Shown here piece after piece: positions 1-12,593 of a DNA stretch of 64,000 bases (positions are counted from its first letter, which is position 1; each line of letters begins with the position of its first letter). This DNA comes from Rhizophagus irregularis (lineage: Eukaryota). Location: positions 1,054,001 to 1,118,000 of the forward strand of contig NC_089431.1 in NCBI RefSeq assembly GCF_026210795.1, read 5' to 3'. Both the position numbers and the translations under genes were made by a program. The notes beneath the pieces were generated by a model. It was given only the letters and a program-made list of their open reading frames with translations, was not told the DNA's origin and made no database searches.

Positions 1-1269
1 TAAAAGTCAGCCAACCCTCTCTGAAGAAGATAATACTGAATTTTCTAGTGATGAACCTAAACAGGTGGCAATTATTTTAAATATAACATTTTATTGTTAT
101 TTTTATTTATTATTTTAAAATATATAATAGCCAATATTCAAGAAGAAAATATAAACTATCAAAAGATTCCTTCTTTTCTTCATATCCCAAAGAGTATTTG
201 GCGTGGCTATGTGGTCAGTATATAATATTATTATTAATATTTGAGATAAATGTTTAACTTTAATATACTACTGCAGGAATCAATGAGACTTTTAGTAGCT
301 GAAAAACTTAATATCGTGATATACCTATTAATGAAATTAATAAATGTATTGATAAGGTAAATACTAACTGCTGTAATCCTGAATTCCATTTATTTAACAC
401 TTTTTAACCAATTTTTTTTATTGTATTAGTTTCATAAGAAAAATCCATCCTTTCCAGAAACTGTTAGTGATTGGGCAGAACGTGAGATGATTTGTTGACA
501 TATAAATTATAGACGTAAGTTTATCTTAATTTAATATTGTTTTGTCATTATTCTGCTATTTTACTAAAATTTTCAACATTTTATAGGGTCAATTCTTAAT
601 CTTAGCGAAATGCATAAGACAAATATTTCTGTTAATAAAGCTAAGATCCGAAAACCAAATGGTAATAGTAAAAGAGCCAAAAAAAAGGAAATGAACTATT
701 AACAAAAAATTGAATCATGGTAATTTTTAATTTTGATGAAATATTTTAAAATGAATCAAATTAATAATATTACTACCAATCAAACAGAACCATTATTGGT
801 ATCCAACAGCCCGAATATAGAAAGTTTGGAAAGGCTTGATAATAATAAATCTTTACCGAGTAAGAGTAAGCTCATAGATTCTTTAATACATATGTAATCA
901 ACTAAATATATAAAATATATTACAATAGAATTATTAGAAGCCGTTGATGTCTCCCCAGCTTATTCTAAACGTCCTGGCCATAAACATAAAATAACACAAT
1001 CATCTGATAAAGAAGAAGCTATTGAAGACGTTGAAGTTGTAAGAATTCCTCCAGCAAAACATCCTGGTCGTAAACGTAAGATAACACAGCCATCTGATGA
1101 TGAAAAAGGTGTTGAGGACGTCGAAACTATCAGAATTCCTCCAGCAAAACATCCTGGTCATAAAACTAAAGTAGCACAACCACCTGATGATGAGAAAGGT
1201 GTTGAAGATGCTGAAACTATCAGAATTCCTCCAGCAAAACGTCCTGGTCGTAAATGTAAAGCGGTATAA
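1..1269 (+). pseudogene. Degenerate multi-exon gene (5' part outside window) ending in 30-aa repeats with AT-hook-like K(R/H)PG(R/H)K motifs
   Basis: GT-AG bounded exons. The last exon (~929-1269) reads KRPGHKHKITQSSDKEEAIEDVEVVRIPPA-KHPGRKRK...-KRPGRKCKAV*. An upstream exon has an apparent in-frame stop (REMIC*HINY near 481-510). Confidence 0.55.
967..1260 (+). repeat. ~90-bp coding tandem repeat, ~3.3 copies
   Basis: AGAATTCCTCCAGCAAAAC..CCTGGTC recurs at 90-bp spacing. Confidence 0.9.
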
Positions 1270-3373
1270 CATTATTTAATATATTTATCTATGTATTTGA
1301 TATTTTATAAATTAGTACATATTTAATATATTATACTTTAATATATTACATTCTATATATTTTATACATATGTAAAACAAAATATATACAAATGTATTTC
1401 AAATGCTAAATAAAAGTATTACGAGTTTGCTACAAATCATTTACAAATTTTGTATAAATGGATGCTCATAATTGTATTAAACTTGTTATGTTAAAATATA
1501 TTACATTTTTTATACGAAAATTTGACAAATACTTTTTACTGGGTTGAGTAGGTTAATTATAAAAAACTGTTATTGTTACACAAAGTTAAAAAACTTGCTT
1601 ATAAGTAAACTATGATCACAAACATCTTTCATCTAATTCAGTATATATATATAGTCAAATTTTTAACTTATAATAATTTGGCTAATATCAGTGCTAGAAA
1701 TGTGATTTTACTATCATTAGATTCCTCCAATTAAGATGAATATAATGATATAAAATTCATTAAAATCAAATGATTAATAATATAGTCAATATTATTTACC
1801 CCCTATAAACAAGTAGCACTGCTTATACAACTACATATTACATATTGGTCAGAAGTGTAATTAATATATTATTTGAATAATATCTATTTTAACAGAAATT
1901 ATAGGAAGGTTTATTGATTTTATAAAAACTAATTTATTTAAAATTACCTTCATCAGTGACTTTTAATATATAAAGTACTTTGTAAACACATAATATTATG
2001 CAGCCTATCAGCATAATATTTAGTTATTGTATTATTGTATTGTAGATTAGAAAAATTCTTTATGATACTTATAAAGATGAGTCACATTTGTCACATCAAT
2101 TGATTCATAAATTGATCTGAAACTAGTACTGTAATATGATTATGATAATATAGGTACTTCAAAAAAAAATAGTAAAAAAATTAATTTATCAGTAAAAATT
2201 TATGCGAAAGGAATGTGCTACGAAAAAAAAGATTATCTCTAATGTGATATGACTATTTTTTTTTGTTGTACAAAATTCGGACAATATATATAACGAAAAT
2301 GTATATATATTATTTCAAGTCATTGGCTGAGACGATGAGTTTATAGTCACATTATTAAATTAAAAAGTAAATTAATATTGGTGAATAACAGATATTGCTA
2401 TATTTACTATAGCATTTATAGCTACATGACAGTCATTAGATACAATGACACAGATTTCCAGATAGTAGAGGTATCATAATAAGTGTTATATACTTGGAAA
2501 TGATTTGACCTTATAGCATCAGATAAATAGATAAACTATATATTATTTATTATTTATAATATCGCCAGACTATTAAAAAATAATTGTAATATTAAAATGT
2601 ATTTTTCAAATTTTGGCATGTCAGTGGCAAAATTTACAGCCGATCACCCATTATACTATAATATTTATAATATTATTACGCATGTCAGTTATCATCTGAT
2701 GATATATATTGTTAACAAAAATTTTAGATTTACACAATTTAGTTTTAGTTTTAAAATTTGTAAGTTTTTGATACGATTATGATACGGTTACTTAGTTATA
2801 TGGGGTAGAAAGAATTTCTTTCTATACTCTAGGTGCCTTTGTATTATTAATAATTATGATCCTTGATCTCATATAATTATAATAAAGCGAGTTACTATTT
2901 TTTTTTTTTAAAAAAAACATCTGATGATATATTTATTGCAATATAGTATTATACTATTCAAATATTCAAATATGTTCAAATGAATATTGCATAAGTAATT
3001 TTGTGGTCGTTATCCGATTACGTGTTTAGTGGAAGCTGTGCAGAAAGTGACTTACTAATATCCATTTTGACAAAATTTATTTTTGTCACTGCATGTCCGT
3101 GTAAGTATCATTTTTATTCTATCTAGAATATCAATGTAAACTGATAATCTGACGATTAACTCGTTTGCACATATATATTTTTGATTTTGGTGATAACAGG
3201 GTCCTTCACATGATCAAAGATGATTTATGAAAAATAAGATGTAAACAAAATTCGAAACAAAACTTTTCTTAATATCTTAACATCAAAGGTAGGATAGAAT
3301 AGCATGATTATAATAAGATGCGGGTTGGTATTTTGTTTTTGTATTCAGAGGATCATTATTTCGCATGTACTAT

Positions 3374-4050
3374 CCCTATAAAAAATAAGTGTCCTGAAAA
3401 TATCCAGAAATTGTCCGGAAAATTTGTCTAAATAATTGTCTGGAAAATGTCCGGAAAATGCCAGGTACCATGTCCGGAAATTGTTCCAAAAACACACTCG
3501 TTTCCGGACACTCATTTTGTCCAGAATTTGTTCGGAAATTGACCTGAAATATTTTTTCATAAAATTTGGCACAAAAAGATGATCAACAGGTGGCCATCAT
3601 TATAATTGCTTTTAACCTAAAGTTTTATATCATAGATATATAGTATTTTTGCCTGCTCAGCAAATTTAATTAGTATGACAAAGAAGGTTATGAATGTCAG
3701 TCTTGTGCTTTTAGCATTTTTTTACAAAATTAATTTATCCTTTTTTGGAAGTAGCGTCCAGAATTTGTCCAGAATTTTTTCATGTCCGGAATTTGTCCAG
3801 TTCAAATTATCTGAATTTTTACTATGTCCGGAATTTGTCCAGGTTTATCTGTCCGGAATTTGTCCAAAATTTTATACTGGACAAATTCTGGATATATTCT
3901 GGACAAAGTCCGGATATGTCAAAATTTTAGGTATCAAATTTGTAGCAAAAAATAGACATTTTCTGGACAATTTCTGGATATGCCAGATTTATTCTGGACA
4001 ATTTCCGGACATTTTCGTAGACATTTTCTGGACATTTATTTTTTATAGGG
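3374..4050. mobile_element. Non-autonomous TIR element (CCCTATAAAAAA ends), copy 1
   Basis: TIRs CCCTATAAAAAATAAGTGTC / GACATTTATTTTTTATAGGG; many internal TCCGGA/TCCAGA subrepeats; near-identical to 14441-15116. Confidence 0.9.
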
Positions 4051-7000
4051 CTAATTTATTTCAAAATTTTGCAATAAATTCGATATTTATACATTTTTAA
4101 GAAAAAATCTTTGAATACTTACTATATTCTCTAAGTATAATTCGTGTTGTCTGTTTCTTTCTTATAAAGAAGTCATCAAAATGTTTTTCATGCGATTACT
4201 GTTGTGAAACAAATTAAGATGTGGAATCCGTCAGATGATGAAAACTTAAAAATATTGAGTCAATCATTGAAAGTGAAAGCATTTGTGAATCAGTTGTCAA
4301 AAAGGAGTGTACTGATGAAAATAGAGGAAGATGTGGGTGGAGGGTAATTTTCATTTGAAATGATTATACTACAGATACAACTGGATATCGTGTCTTGAAT
4401 AAAATTTCCTTGAAACATGTTGCTATTACAAGTTTTATCCGCAAGACATGAGGAATTAAAGAAATACATCCAACCAGATATTCATGTAACATTCTGAACA
4501 GGGAGAAACTTAATGGCGTCTCTCCAGTTATAGAAGGATTCTACGTTCAGGGATAGGTGTTAAATGTGGAAGAGATGGATTCCGTTCTTAATCATCAAGG
4601 ATCAGGGAACTAGTAGAAAAATCTTTTGAAATGTTCATCCTCTAAACACAAACAAATTTTTATGGCAAGTCTTTTAATGGTTATAAAGAATTCGTAAAAA
4701 ATACTTTTAGATACTAAATTAATCAATCACAGAAAACACACATATTAATATGGGAATTAATCAAACCATTTGTGATCTTGTAATTGAAAAATGACAATTA
4801 ACATGGGAGAATTAAGGTGTGGTTACAATCGGTATTAATAACATAATGTGTCAGATTCGTTTCACATAAAAAGTACAATTAAGTTTGATTGTTAATATTT
4901 TTATTGAATAATTAATCAGCCATTAAACAGTGATATAAACGAAGAAAAATCATAGTTATGATTAAGGCTGATCCTTGATGTGAACCGAGTTCATAGACTA
5001 CTCATGTGACTTTTAACAAGCGTGCATTTTGAATATTGTTTTACCGGCAAATATATTGTTTTGATTAAGGTGATTTAACAGTGACGCCATACATATTATA
5101 AATAAATATTATACAGTACAAGTGTACTGCTGTTATTGTTTCCATTCCATCACGGGATATTATTGTTGCCATTTCCATTACCGTTACTGATAAATAGAGT
5201 GTAATGATTAATGCGGTCGAGTTGCTAGTGTATTAGTATATTGCGTTTTCTATTGATATATATGTATACTGTATCGTACCAATTTACACAGTGAAATTCG
5301 ATAAACCGGATCTATCAGTTCCACTAAAAATATCTGGTTTATCGGGATATCTGGTATAGCGAAAAAATTTTGATATATTGGAAATCTATTATACTGAATT
5401 TTTTTTAGAGAATTCATGCTAATAAAATTAAGATACACTATATTTTAATTTTTCATCTTAGTTTTAAATTGAAAATGAATATAAAATATTTTTAATTGAA
5501 TATATAAGTAATATATAACTCTGGCCAGAATTAAGATTTTTATAATTCTGGCCAAAATTAAGATTTACCGCATTATGTTACTTAAATTTTATTGGTTAAT
5601 TATTACGTGATCCGGTTTATCGAATCATTTTTACTATCATATAGCTGGTTAGAAAATTGATCTGTTATATTGAATATTGAGCTTTTACTAGTAAACTCCA
5701 GTATATCGAAACAGGACTCCAAACAATATATATAAAGGTAGGTTTTGAGTTTGCTTAACCAACATATAAAAATTTTTCCTATGTGAGATAACTGAGATTT
5801 ATTATTGCTTATTTGATAACATAATTTTTAAATAGTCAAATATATATTTACGTAGCAGGATAGATTTTTTTTAATATCACAGGTCGAAGGGGCACCATTG
5901 TCCAAAATTCAAAAAATGCAAATTTCACATTTTTCTGGAAAATGGTGGGAAATTGTGGAAAATGCTGCATTACGCTGAGCAATTTTTTGGAATAGCATTA
6001 TTACAACATTGTTCGATTTAGCAAATTTTATGAAAATTTGGGAAAATGCTACATTATATCTCAAATGTAACATTTTGTAACATTTTGTAACATTGTTATA
6101 ACATTGTCATTAAAATCAAATTTTGCTTTTTTTTTGTCAAATGTTTCAATTTTCTTGCAAATGGTGCATTTTTATGAAAATGCCACATTTTATCTCCAAT
6201 GTGATATCATTGTAACAACATTTCATAAAATTGTTATAACATTGTCAATTAAAATCAAATTTTGTCAAATATTCTGATTTCCTAGCAAATGGTGCATTTT
6301 TTTATGAAAATTCTATATTTTTTGTCAAATGTTGCATATTTTTAGCAAATTTTATGTTTTTTTGGTCAAATGTTTCACTTTCGTCAGAATGTTAAAATGT
6401 TACATTTTTTTTTGAAAATGCTCAATAATATGGCATTATACTGGAAAATGTAGCATTTCACCAAATTACACTAAAAAGCATCACAATTATCACATTTTTT
6501 GGAAAATTCCACATTACATTAAATTACACTAAAAAATGTAGCACTATACTAAATTATGCGGCATTGCACTAAAAAATACCACAATTACACTAGACAATGT
6601 AGCATTACACTAAAAAGTACCACAATTATCATATTTTTTAGAAAATTTCGTGTTATGTAACATTATGCTAGAAAATGCGGAATTGCACTAAAAAATGCAG
6701 AATTGCACTAAAAAATGCAGAATTGCACTAAAAATGCAGAATTGCACTAAAAAACGCGGAATTGCACTAAAAAACACAAAAAAAATACTACAATTACACA
6801 GGATAATGTAGCATTACACTTAATTACATTAAAATTGTTAGGATAATTTTTATTTATTTGTAAAATTATGGACATTATTAAATTTATAATATTTATATTC
6901 TAACGTATTATTTAACATTAAATTCACATTGTTAATATTAACAATGTATCAATACGATGTGTTGTTTAATTTATACGCAACCTTACTACTGAAGACTCCC

Positions 7001-7254
7001 TCTTTTTGTCACTATAAACAGGCGGAGGGAGCAGCAATGGCTCTCCCCCTATAGGTACTTTATGGCCTCTACCTGTTTACAGAGGAGGGGCTTTTCGTAA
7101 AGTTATTAGATAGATATATATATATGTATATATATAAGTATATATATACATCTATCAAAAGAATTATAATAATAAAAAAAAAAATTTTTCGGGGAAAATT
7201 CCCCTATTTATATAAAAATATATATCACGTGTATCACGTGATATTACTAATAAT

Positions 7255-7294
7255 TACCGCAGCAGGCGCAGCTGAAGCTGCGCCTGCTGCGGTA
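7255..7294. other. Perfect GC-rich hairpin (19-bp arms, GA spacer)
   Basis: TACCGCAGCAGGCGCAGCT-GA-AGCTGCGCCTGCTGCGGTA. Confidence 0.95.
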
Positions 7295-7580
7295 TAGCGA
7301 AAAAAAATAAGCTTTTTTTAGTAAAAGCTTAATTTTTTCTCACGATCTTTCAATTTCTTTCGCCCTTTCCCATTCCCATTTCGTTCCCTTCCCTTTTTCT
7401 CTTTCGTTCTTTCCTTCCCATTTCGGTTTCCCCCTTTTCTCTTTCATTCTCCCTTCCCATTTCGTTCCCCTCCCTTTTCTCCTTCGCTCTTCCTTCCCAT
7501 TTCGTTTTCCCCCTTTCTCTTTCGTTCTTCTCTTCCCCTTCCCTTTCCCCTTCCCGGAATCGTCTTTCAGAAAAATAATG

Positions 7581-9137
7581 GTAAGTTTCGAAGCGAAACG
7601 CTTCGAAACTTTTTAAAAATTGTGTTTTTAATATCTTTTAGGAACTGACTCCTATACTTGTTTTTTTGTAGATATTTAACGTATTCGATTTCAGAAAATG
7701 AGTTTTGCCGTAAAATTCGCATTGTTGAGAAGGGTCCCAAGATATGGTCTATTCATTCTTGGGTCGATGCGTGGAATTCTTATGTTTAGTAGGTGAGGTG
7801 AAGGAAAACCTTCGAAAAGGAGTATGGTTTGTCTTCAAGTTTGGTAAACCATGAAGTTTCGAAGCATTTGCTTCGATATGGTAAGTTTCGAAGTGAAACA
7901 CTTTCACTTCAAAACTCAATTTTTTTTTTAATTTTTTATTAGGAAACGTTTAGAAAACGTTTCCTTTATCCTTTTTGTAGGATCGGAGTGTTCAGAACGT
8001 TGGGTAAGTTTCATTTTGTTACGAAACTTTTTAAAAAATCTTTTTTTTAATTCTTTTTTGTAAGGAAACGTTTCTAACGTTTCCTATTTTTTTTTTGTAT
8101 AGGTCTTTCGGTATTCGATTTTGGAAGTGGAATTGGTAAGTTTCGAAGCGAAACTTATTGATTTTTTTTTTAATTTATTTTAGGAAACGTTTCTAACGTT
8201 TCCTTTCTTCTTTTTTGTAGGATTTTTGATGCTTTTACTGAAACGAGGAAATGAAATGATGGTAAGTTTTGAAGCGTTTCGCTTCGAAACTTTAAATTTT
8301 TTTTTTACTTTTATAAGGAACGTTTTTAACGATCCTTTATTTTCTTTTGTGTAGGTTTTCGGTATTTGACTTCGGGAAGTAAGGAACCGAAAGGGTAAGT
8401 TTCGAAGCATTTTTCGCTTCGAAACTTTTTTAAAAAAAATATTTTTTAAATTTTTTTTGTAAGGAAACATTTCTAAGTTTCCTTTTTCTTTTTGTAGGAA
8501 CACCGGACGTTTGGATGATGGAGTTCGAAACGAACCAGTGAGTTTCGCAACATTGTGTTGCAAAACTTTATTTTTATATATTTTTTTTAAGAAACGTTAA
8601 CTAACGTTTCTTTCTTTTACTTTTTGTAGGTTCCGGACATCAGGATGATGGAAACGACTGGTAAGTTTCGCAATGTTACATTGCGAAACTTAATTTTTGT
8701 TTTTTTTTATTAAAAGAAACGTTTATATTAACGTTTCTTTTTTACTTTTTGTAGATTCTGGACGTTGGAATAAATGAAACGACTGGTAAGTTTTGCAATG
8801 TTACATTGCGAAACTTAATTTTTGTTTTTTTTTATTAAAAGAAACGTTAACTAACGTTTCTTTTTTACTTTTTGTAGGTTCCAGACATTTGGATAATGGA
8901 AATCGAAACGAACCGGTAAGTTTTGCAACATTGTGTTGCGAAACTTAATTTTTATTCTTTTTTTTTTAAAAGAAACATTACCTAGCATTTCTTTTTTACT
9001 TTTTGTAGGTTCCAGACGTTTGGATAATGGAAATCAAAACGAACTGGTAAGTTTCGCAACATTGTGTTGCGAAACTTAATTAATTATTATTTTTTTTAAG
9101 AAATGTTAACTGACGTTTCTTTTCTTCCTTCTTGTAG
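7581..9137 (+). repeat. Array of 11 related spliceosomal-type introns with internal hairpins, separated by short exons
   Basis: GT(A/G)AGTTT donors at 7581, 7881, 8004, 8136, 8262, 8395, 8538, 8661, 8786, 8916, 9047; each ends in a T-tract plus TAG. Confidence 0.8.
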
Positions 9138-9559
9138 ATTTTCACCAGCTTCTACGTTGGCATCGGACATTAGATACATGAATGAATTAGAGGTGCGGAT
9201 TACCCATCCATGGATCATTGGATATCTGATGAATATAGATTAATATAGATTCTCATCATTAAATAATAATTGTGCATTTGTTAATAAATAATATTGTAAT
9301 AAATTATGTAAAATTATTAAATCAATGTTTTAAATTGTTATAACGTTTACACTAAATTGTTTAAAATTATTACTAAATTTCACTCAATTGTCCGAAATTA
9401 TTGCAAAATTTCACTAAATTGTCTCCAAAAATGTTGTGTTTATACTGTTTACACTCAATTGTCCAAAATCAGTAAAACATTTTCACTCAATTGTCCAAAA
9501 TTATCCTAAATTTCACTAAATTATCAAAAGTTTAGCCAACATTTACCGGAAAAATGCAA

Positions 9560-10042
9560 AATTCACCACAATTTTCCACAATTTGTATTACGTTTGCACA
9601 ACATTGCTGAAAAATTCACCTAAATTTTCAACAATTTATATAACATTACTAAAAATACACTACAATTTACCACAATTTGCATTACGTTTACATAAAATTA
9701 CTAAAAATTTGACTAAATTCACCACAATTTGCATTACGTTTATATAACATTACTAAAAATTTGACTAAATTCACCACAATTTGCATTACGTTTACATAAC
9801 ATTACTAAAAATTTAACTAAATTCACCACAATTTGCACTTCGTTTACATATCATTACTAAAAATTTAACTAAATTCACCACAATTTGCATTACATTTGCA
9901 TAAAATTACTAAAAATTTGCCTAAAATTCACCACAATTTACATTACGTTTGCATAAAATTACTAAAAATTTAACTAAATTCACCACAATTTGCACTTCAT
10001 TTGCATATCATTACTAAAGATTTGCCTAAAATTTCCCACAAT
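9560..10042. repeat. ~50-bp subterminal tandem repeat
   Basis: Unit approximately TTCACCACAATTTGCATTACGTTTACATAACATTACTAAAAATTTAACTAAA, ~9 copies. Confidence 0.9.
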
Positions 10043-10252
10043 TTAATGATAATTTACTGAAAAATTTCTCAACATTTGAATTAGGAATTCTGTAGGAATT
10101 CCGCCATTTTGACAAAATTTGCCAAATTGTAAGTCCTCCATTATCCCAAAATTGTAACACAATTTACCCCAATTTACCGGGATAATTCTCAATTTGCCAG
10201 AAAAATTCCAGGCAAATTTTGCGACAATGACATCTGTTCGACCTGTGTATAT

Positions 10253-10450
10253 CACAGGTCGAAATGCTAAAAATCGGCAAAAAAATGGCGCGAAAAGCAG
10301 TGGCTATTCTTGGCTATTCTTGGCTATTCTTGGCTGTTTTTGGCTATTTACGAATTAACCTATACTATTTGTAAATAGTTTATACAAATTTGCGAATAGT
10401 TTATGCGATTTGCGCCATTTTTTTGCCTATTTTTGGTCATTTGACGTGTG
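10253..10450. mobile_element. ~200-bp MITE sharing CACAGGTCGAA-like ends, abutting the larger element
   Basis: CACAGGTCGAAATGCTAAAAATCGGCAAAAAAATGGCGC ... GCGCCATTTTTTTTGCCTATTTTTGGTCATTTGACGTGTG; TATAT on both sides. Confidence 0.8.
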
Positions 10451-12158
10451 TATATATATAATATAATATATATTTACATTTTTCACATTAAAAAAATTTA
10501 ATAAAATATGTAAACAAAGTTATAAACATGTTTGTGTAAAAAAAATTTACTATTTTTAATACAAAGAATAAGTTAATTGTATACGTAATACAGGAATCAT
10601 TTTTAGACGTGATCGTGTAACGTGTTTTTGATAAAACAAATACGCGTCCGTGTAACATTAAAATTATAAATCATATACGCGTCCGTGTAACAGTAAAAAA
10701 ATATATATTGAAAATAAGAGCAACGGGTGGGTGGGAAGGGATTTTTCTGTTTTTTTATAATTTTATACTATAATTTTTGTAATAATCAATAAAAGTTATT
10801 TCATTTTTACTTAGAAAATTTTTTAAAAATATTTTTTTTTGACAAATTTTACAGTAAATTTTAAAAATAAAAATTCCGCGTATTGGTGGCGTTACAAAAA
10901 ACATGAATAAATCCATAAATATCTATTCAATCATGATAAAAATTTATGTGTATGTAGATTCGAACCTGCTGAACAACTTTACTTAAGAAGATTTTGGATG
11001 TTTCCTTTGACTAAAGTGCTTAAATTACGCTCTAAAGTCACAGAACAGATATACGAAATATTAATAAGAAACATTTATAAGTTGTAATATTACAAAAAAA
11101 TAATAATAGCTTTATCCATACATTATTTCAAAAATTTTTGTTTTTTTAGTTTTTTTTATATACATATTTTATAAAAAAAATTATATATAAATATATATAT
11201 GTCATAAAATAAATTGCTTAGCAGTGTAAAAAATTTATGGGTTAGATAAAAGTTTGCTTAGCAGACATGAAAAATATTTGCTTATTGACCTTAGTAAATT
11301 TTGAATTTTTTATCTGATCTATATATATATTGTTCGGGGTCCTATCGAAACTATTTTAATATACGTGATTTGGTTCCAGCAAAAAAGTCCGGTTTAGGGC
11401 CAAATCCGGTTTATTGAAGATCCGGTTTATCGAATTTCACTGTGTATAATGTTATTTGTTTGGTTACTAATTCTGATACTGTATGTTTCGCCTAAAATAA
11501 GAATAAGTAAATCTCAAAAAAATTTGGTTAAACCCACATGGGTAAGTTTCACCGATGAACAATTTACGAAGTGTTACAACTGAAAAATGTCTCCTAAAAA
11601 GAATTTGTCTTGTTACGAAAAAGTAAATAAGTGTCAGTTCTGGATATCCTATTTGTTATAGAGGAAATATTTAGTACGGTAATGTTTCTTGAACAGGAAA
11701 AGAATTGCATTTCTTAAAGAGTACCTAAAGGGTATTGTATAATAATCACTGTTCATTTTCGGCAAGTGTAATTACATAGTCAGGTAATCATAGGAAAGGA
11801 CTTCTCAAACATCTGTAGTCTTTATTATGAGTTATCAATTAACGAAACTATAGAGAATTCACCCAAAGACGAATATTTAAAATATTAAGTGGATCATCTT
11901 ACAAGAATTTGGCAGTTGCTAAATTAAACCGATTTTGAATAGTGCCATTTTAAATATATATAATATAATCATGCCCTATATTCTTGAGAAAAATATATTA
12001 TATTGAAATGAAGATTGAACAGTTAATCATTGTCACAATGCAATCTTAAAATGATTCAACCATAATTATGAGATTAATTTTTACTTTCGAACATAATTGT
12101 GAGAATTATGTGAAAATTTTAAAAATTTTCGTGTGAAAATATAATTCATCTTTTTTTT

Positions 12159-12593
12159 ATGGGGCAAATACCAACTATTAAACCAGATTTAAGATATGAC
12201 TATACCGCTACATTAATTAAGGATGGATTATATATTATAGGTGGAGCCACTCCTGATGGAAAAACACCAAATTACCCATTTTTATTTCTTGATATTTCTA
12301 TTCCTTTTGATACTAAACAATTAAAATGGCATGATTTGTCAAATTTGTCAAAAAATGATATTGTTCCATCACATAAATCTGCTGCAGCTATTAAAGGTGG
12401 AGCAGATAATAACACATTATTTTTATATGGTGGTATGAATTTAGAAAATAATACAATGTCTCTAGTTTGCACATTAAACAATTTATCATGGGATACTCCT
12501 AAAATAAATGGTACACCACCAAATGGAAAATTATTTATGACCCCTGTAATTGATTATAATGGAAGTTCAAGTCAATCATATGTATTAAGTTGA
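12159..12593 (+). pseudogene. Truncated Kelch-repeat (beta-propeller) protein
   Basis: RYDYTATLIKDGLYIIGG and LFLYGG Kelch motifs; the ORF ends after ~2.5 blades with no continuation seen. Confidence 0.7.

Larger units (their letters stand above)
5878..10247. mobile_element. 4.4-kb non-autonomous TIR element (CACAGGTCGAA ends) with subterminal repeat arrays and intron-rich cargo
   Basis: CACAGGTCGAA at 5878 and TTCGACCTGTG at 10237-10247; flanks AATAT/TATAT; tandem arrays at ~6680-6780 and ~9560-10040. Confidence 0.75.
5287..11444. mobile_element. Outer TIR element (CACAGTGAAATTCGATAAACCGGATCT ends, TA flanks) containing nested insertions
   Basis: Perfect 27-bp inverted repeat at the two ends, both flanked by TA; partial internal copies of the motif near 5610 and 11405. 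Confidence 0.75.

Noticed and set aside
1000..1272. Minus-strand 90-aa ORF
   Set aside because: Antisense shadow of the plus-strand coding repeat.
3345..4100. ORFs at 3345-3572, 3675-4100 and 3745-3930 (and 14443-15133)
   Set aside because: Spurious frames through the subrepeats of a duplicated non-autonomous TIR element.
8180..8563. Minus-strand 127-aa Lys-rich ORF
   Set aside because: Antisense to the T-rich intron array; composition artefact.
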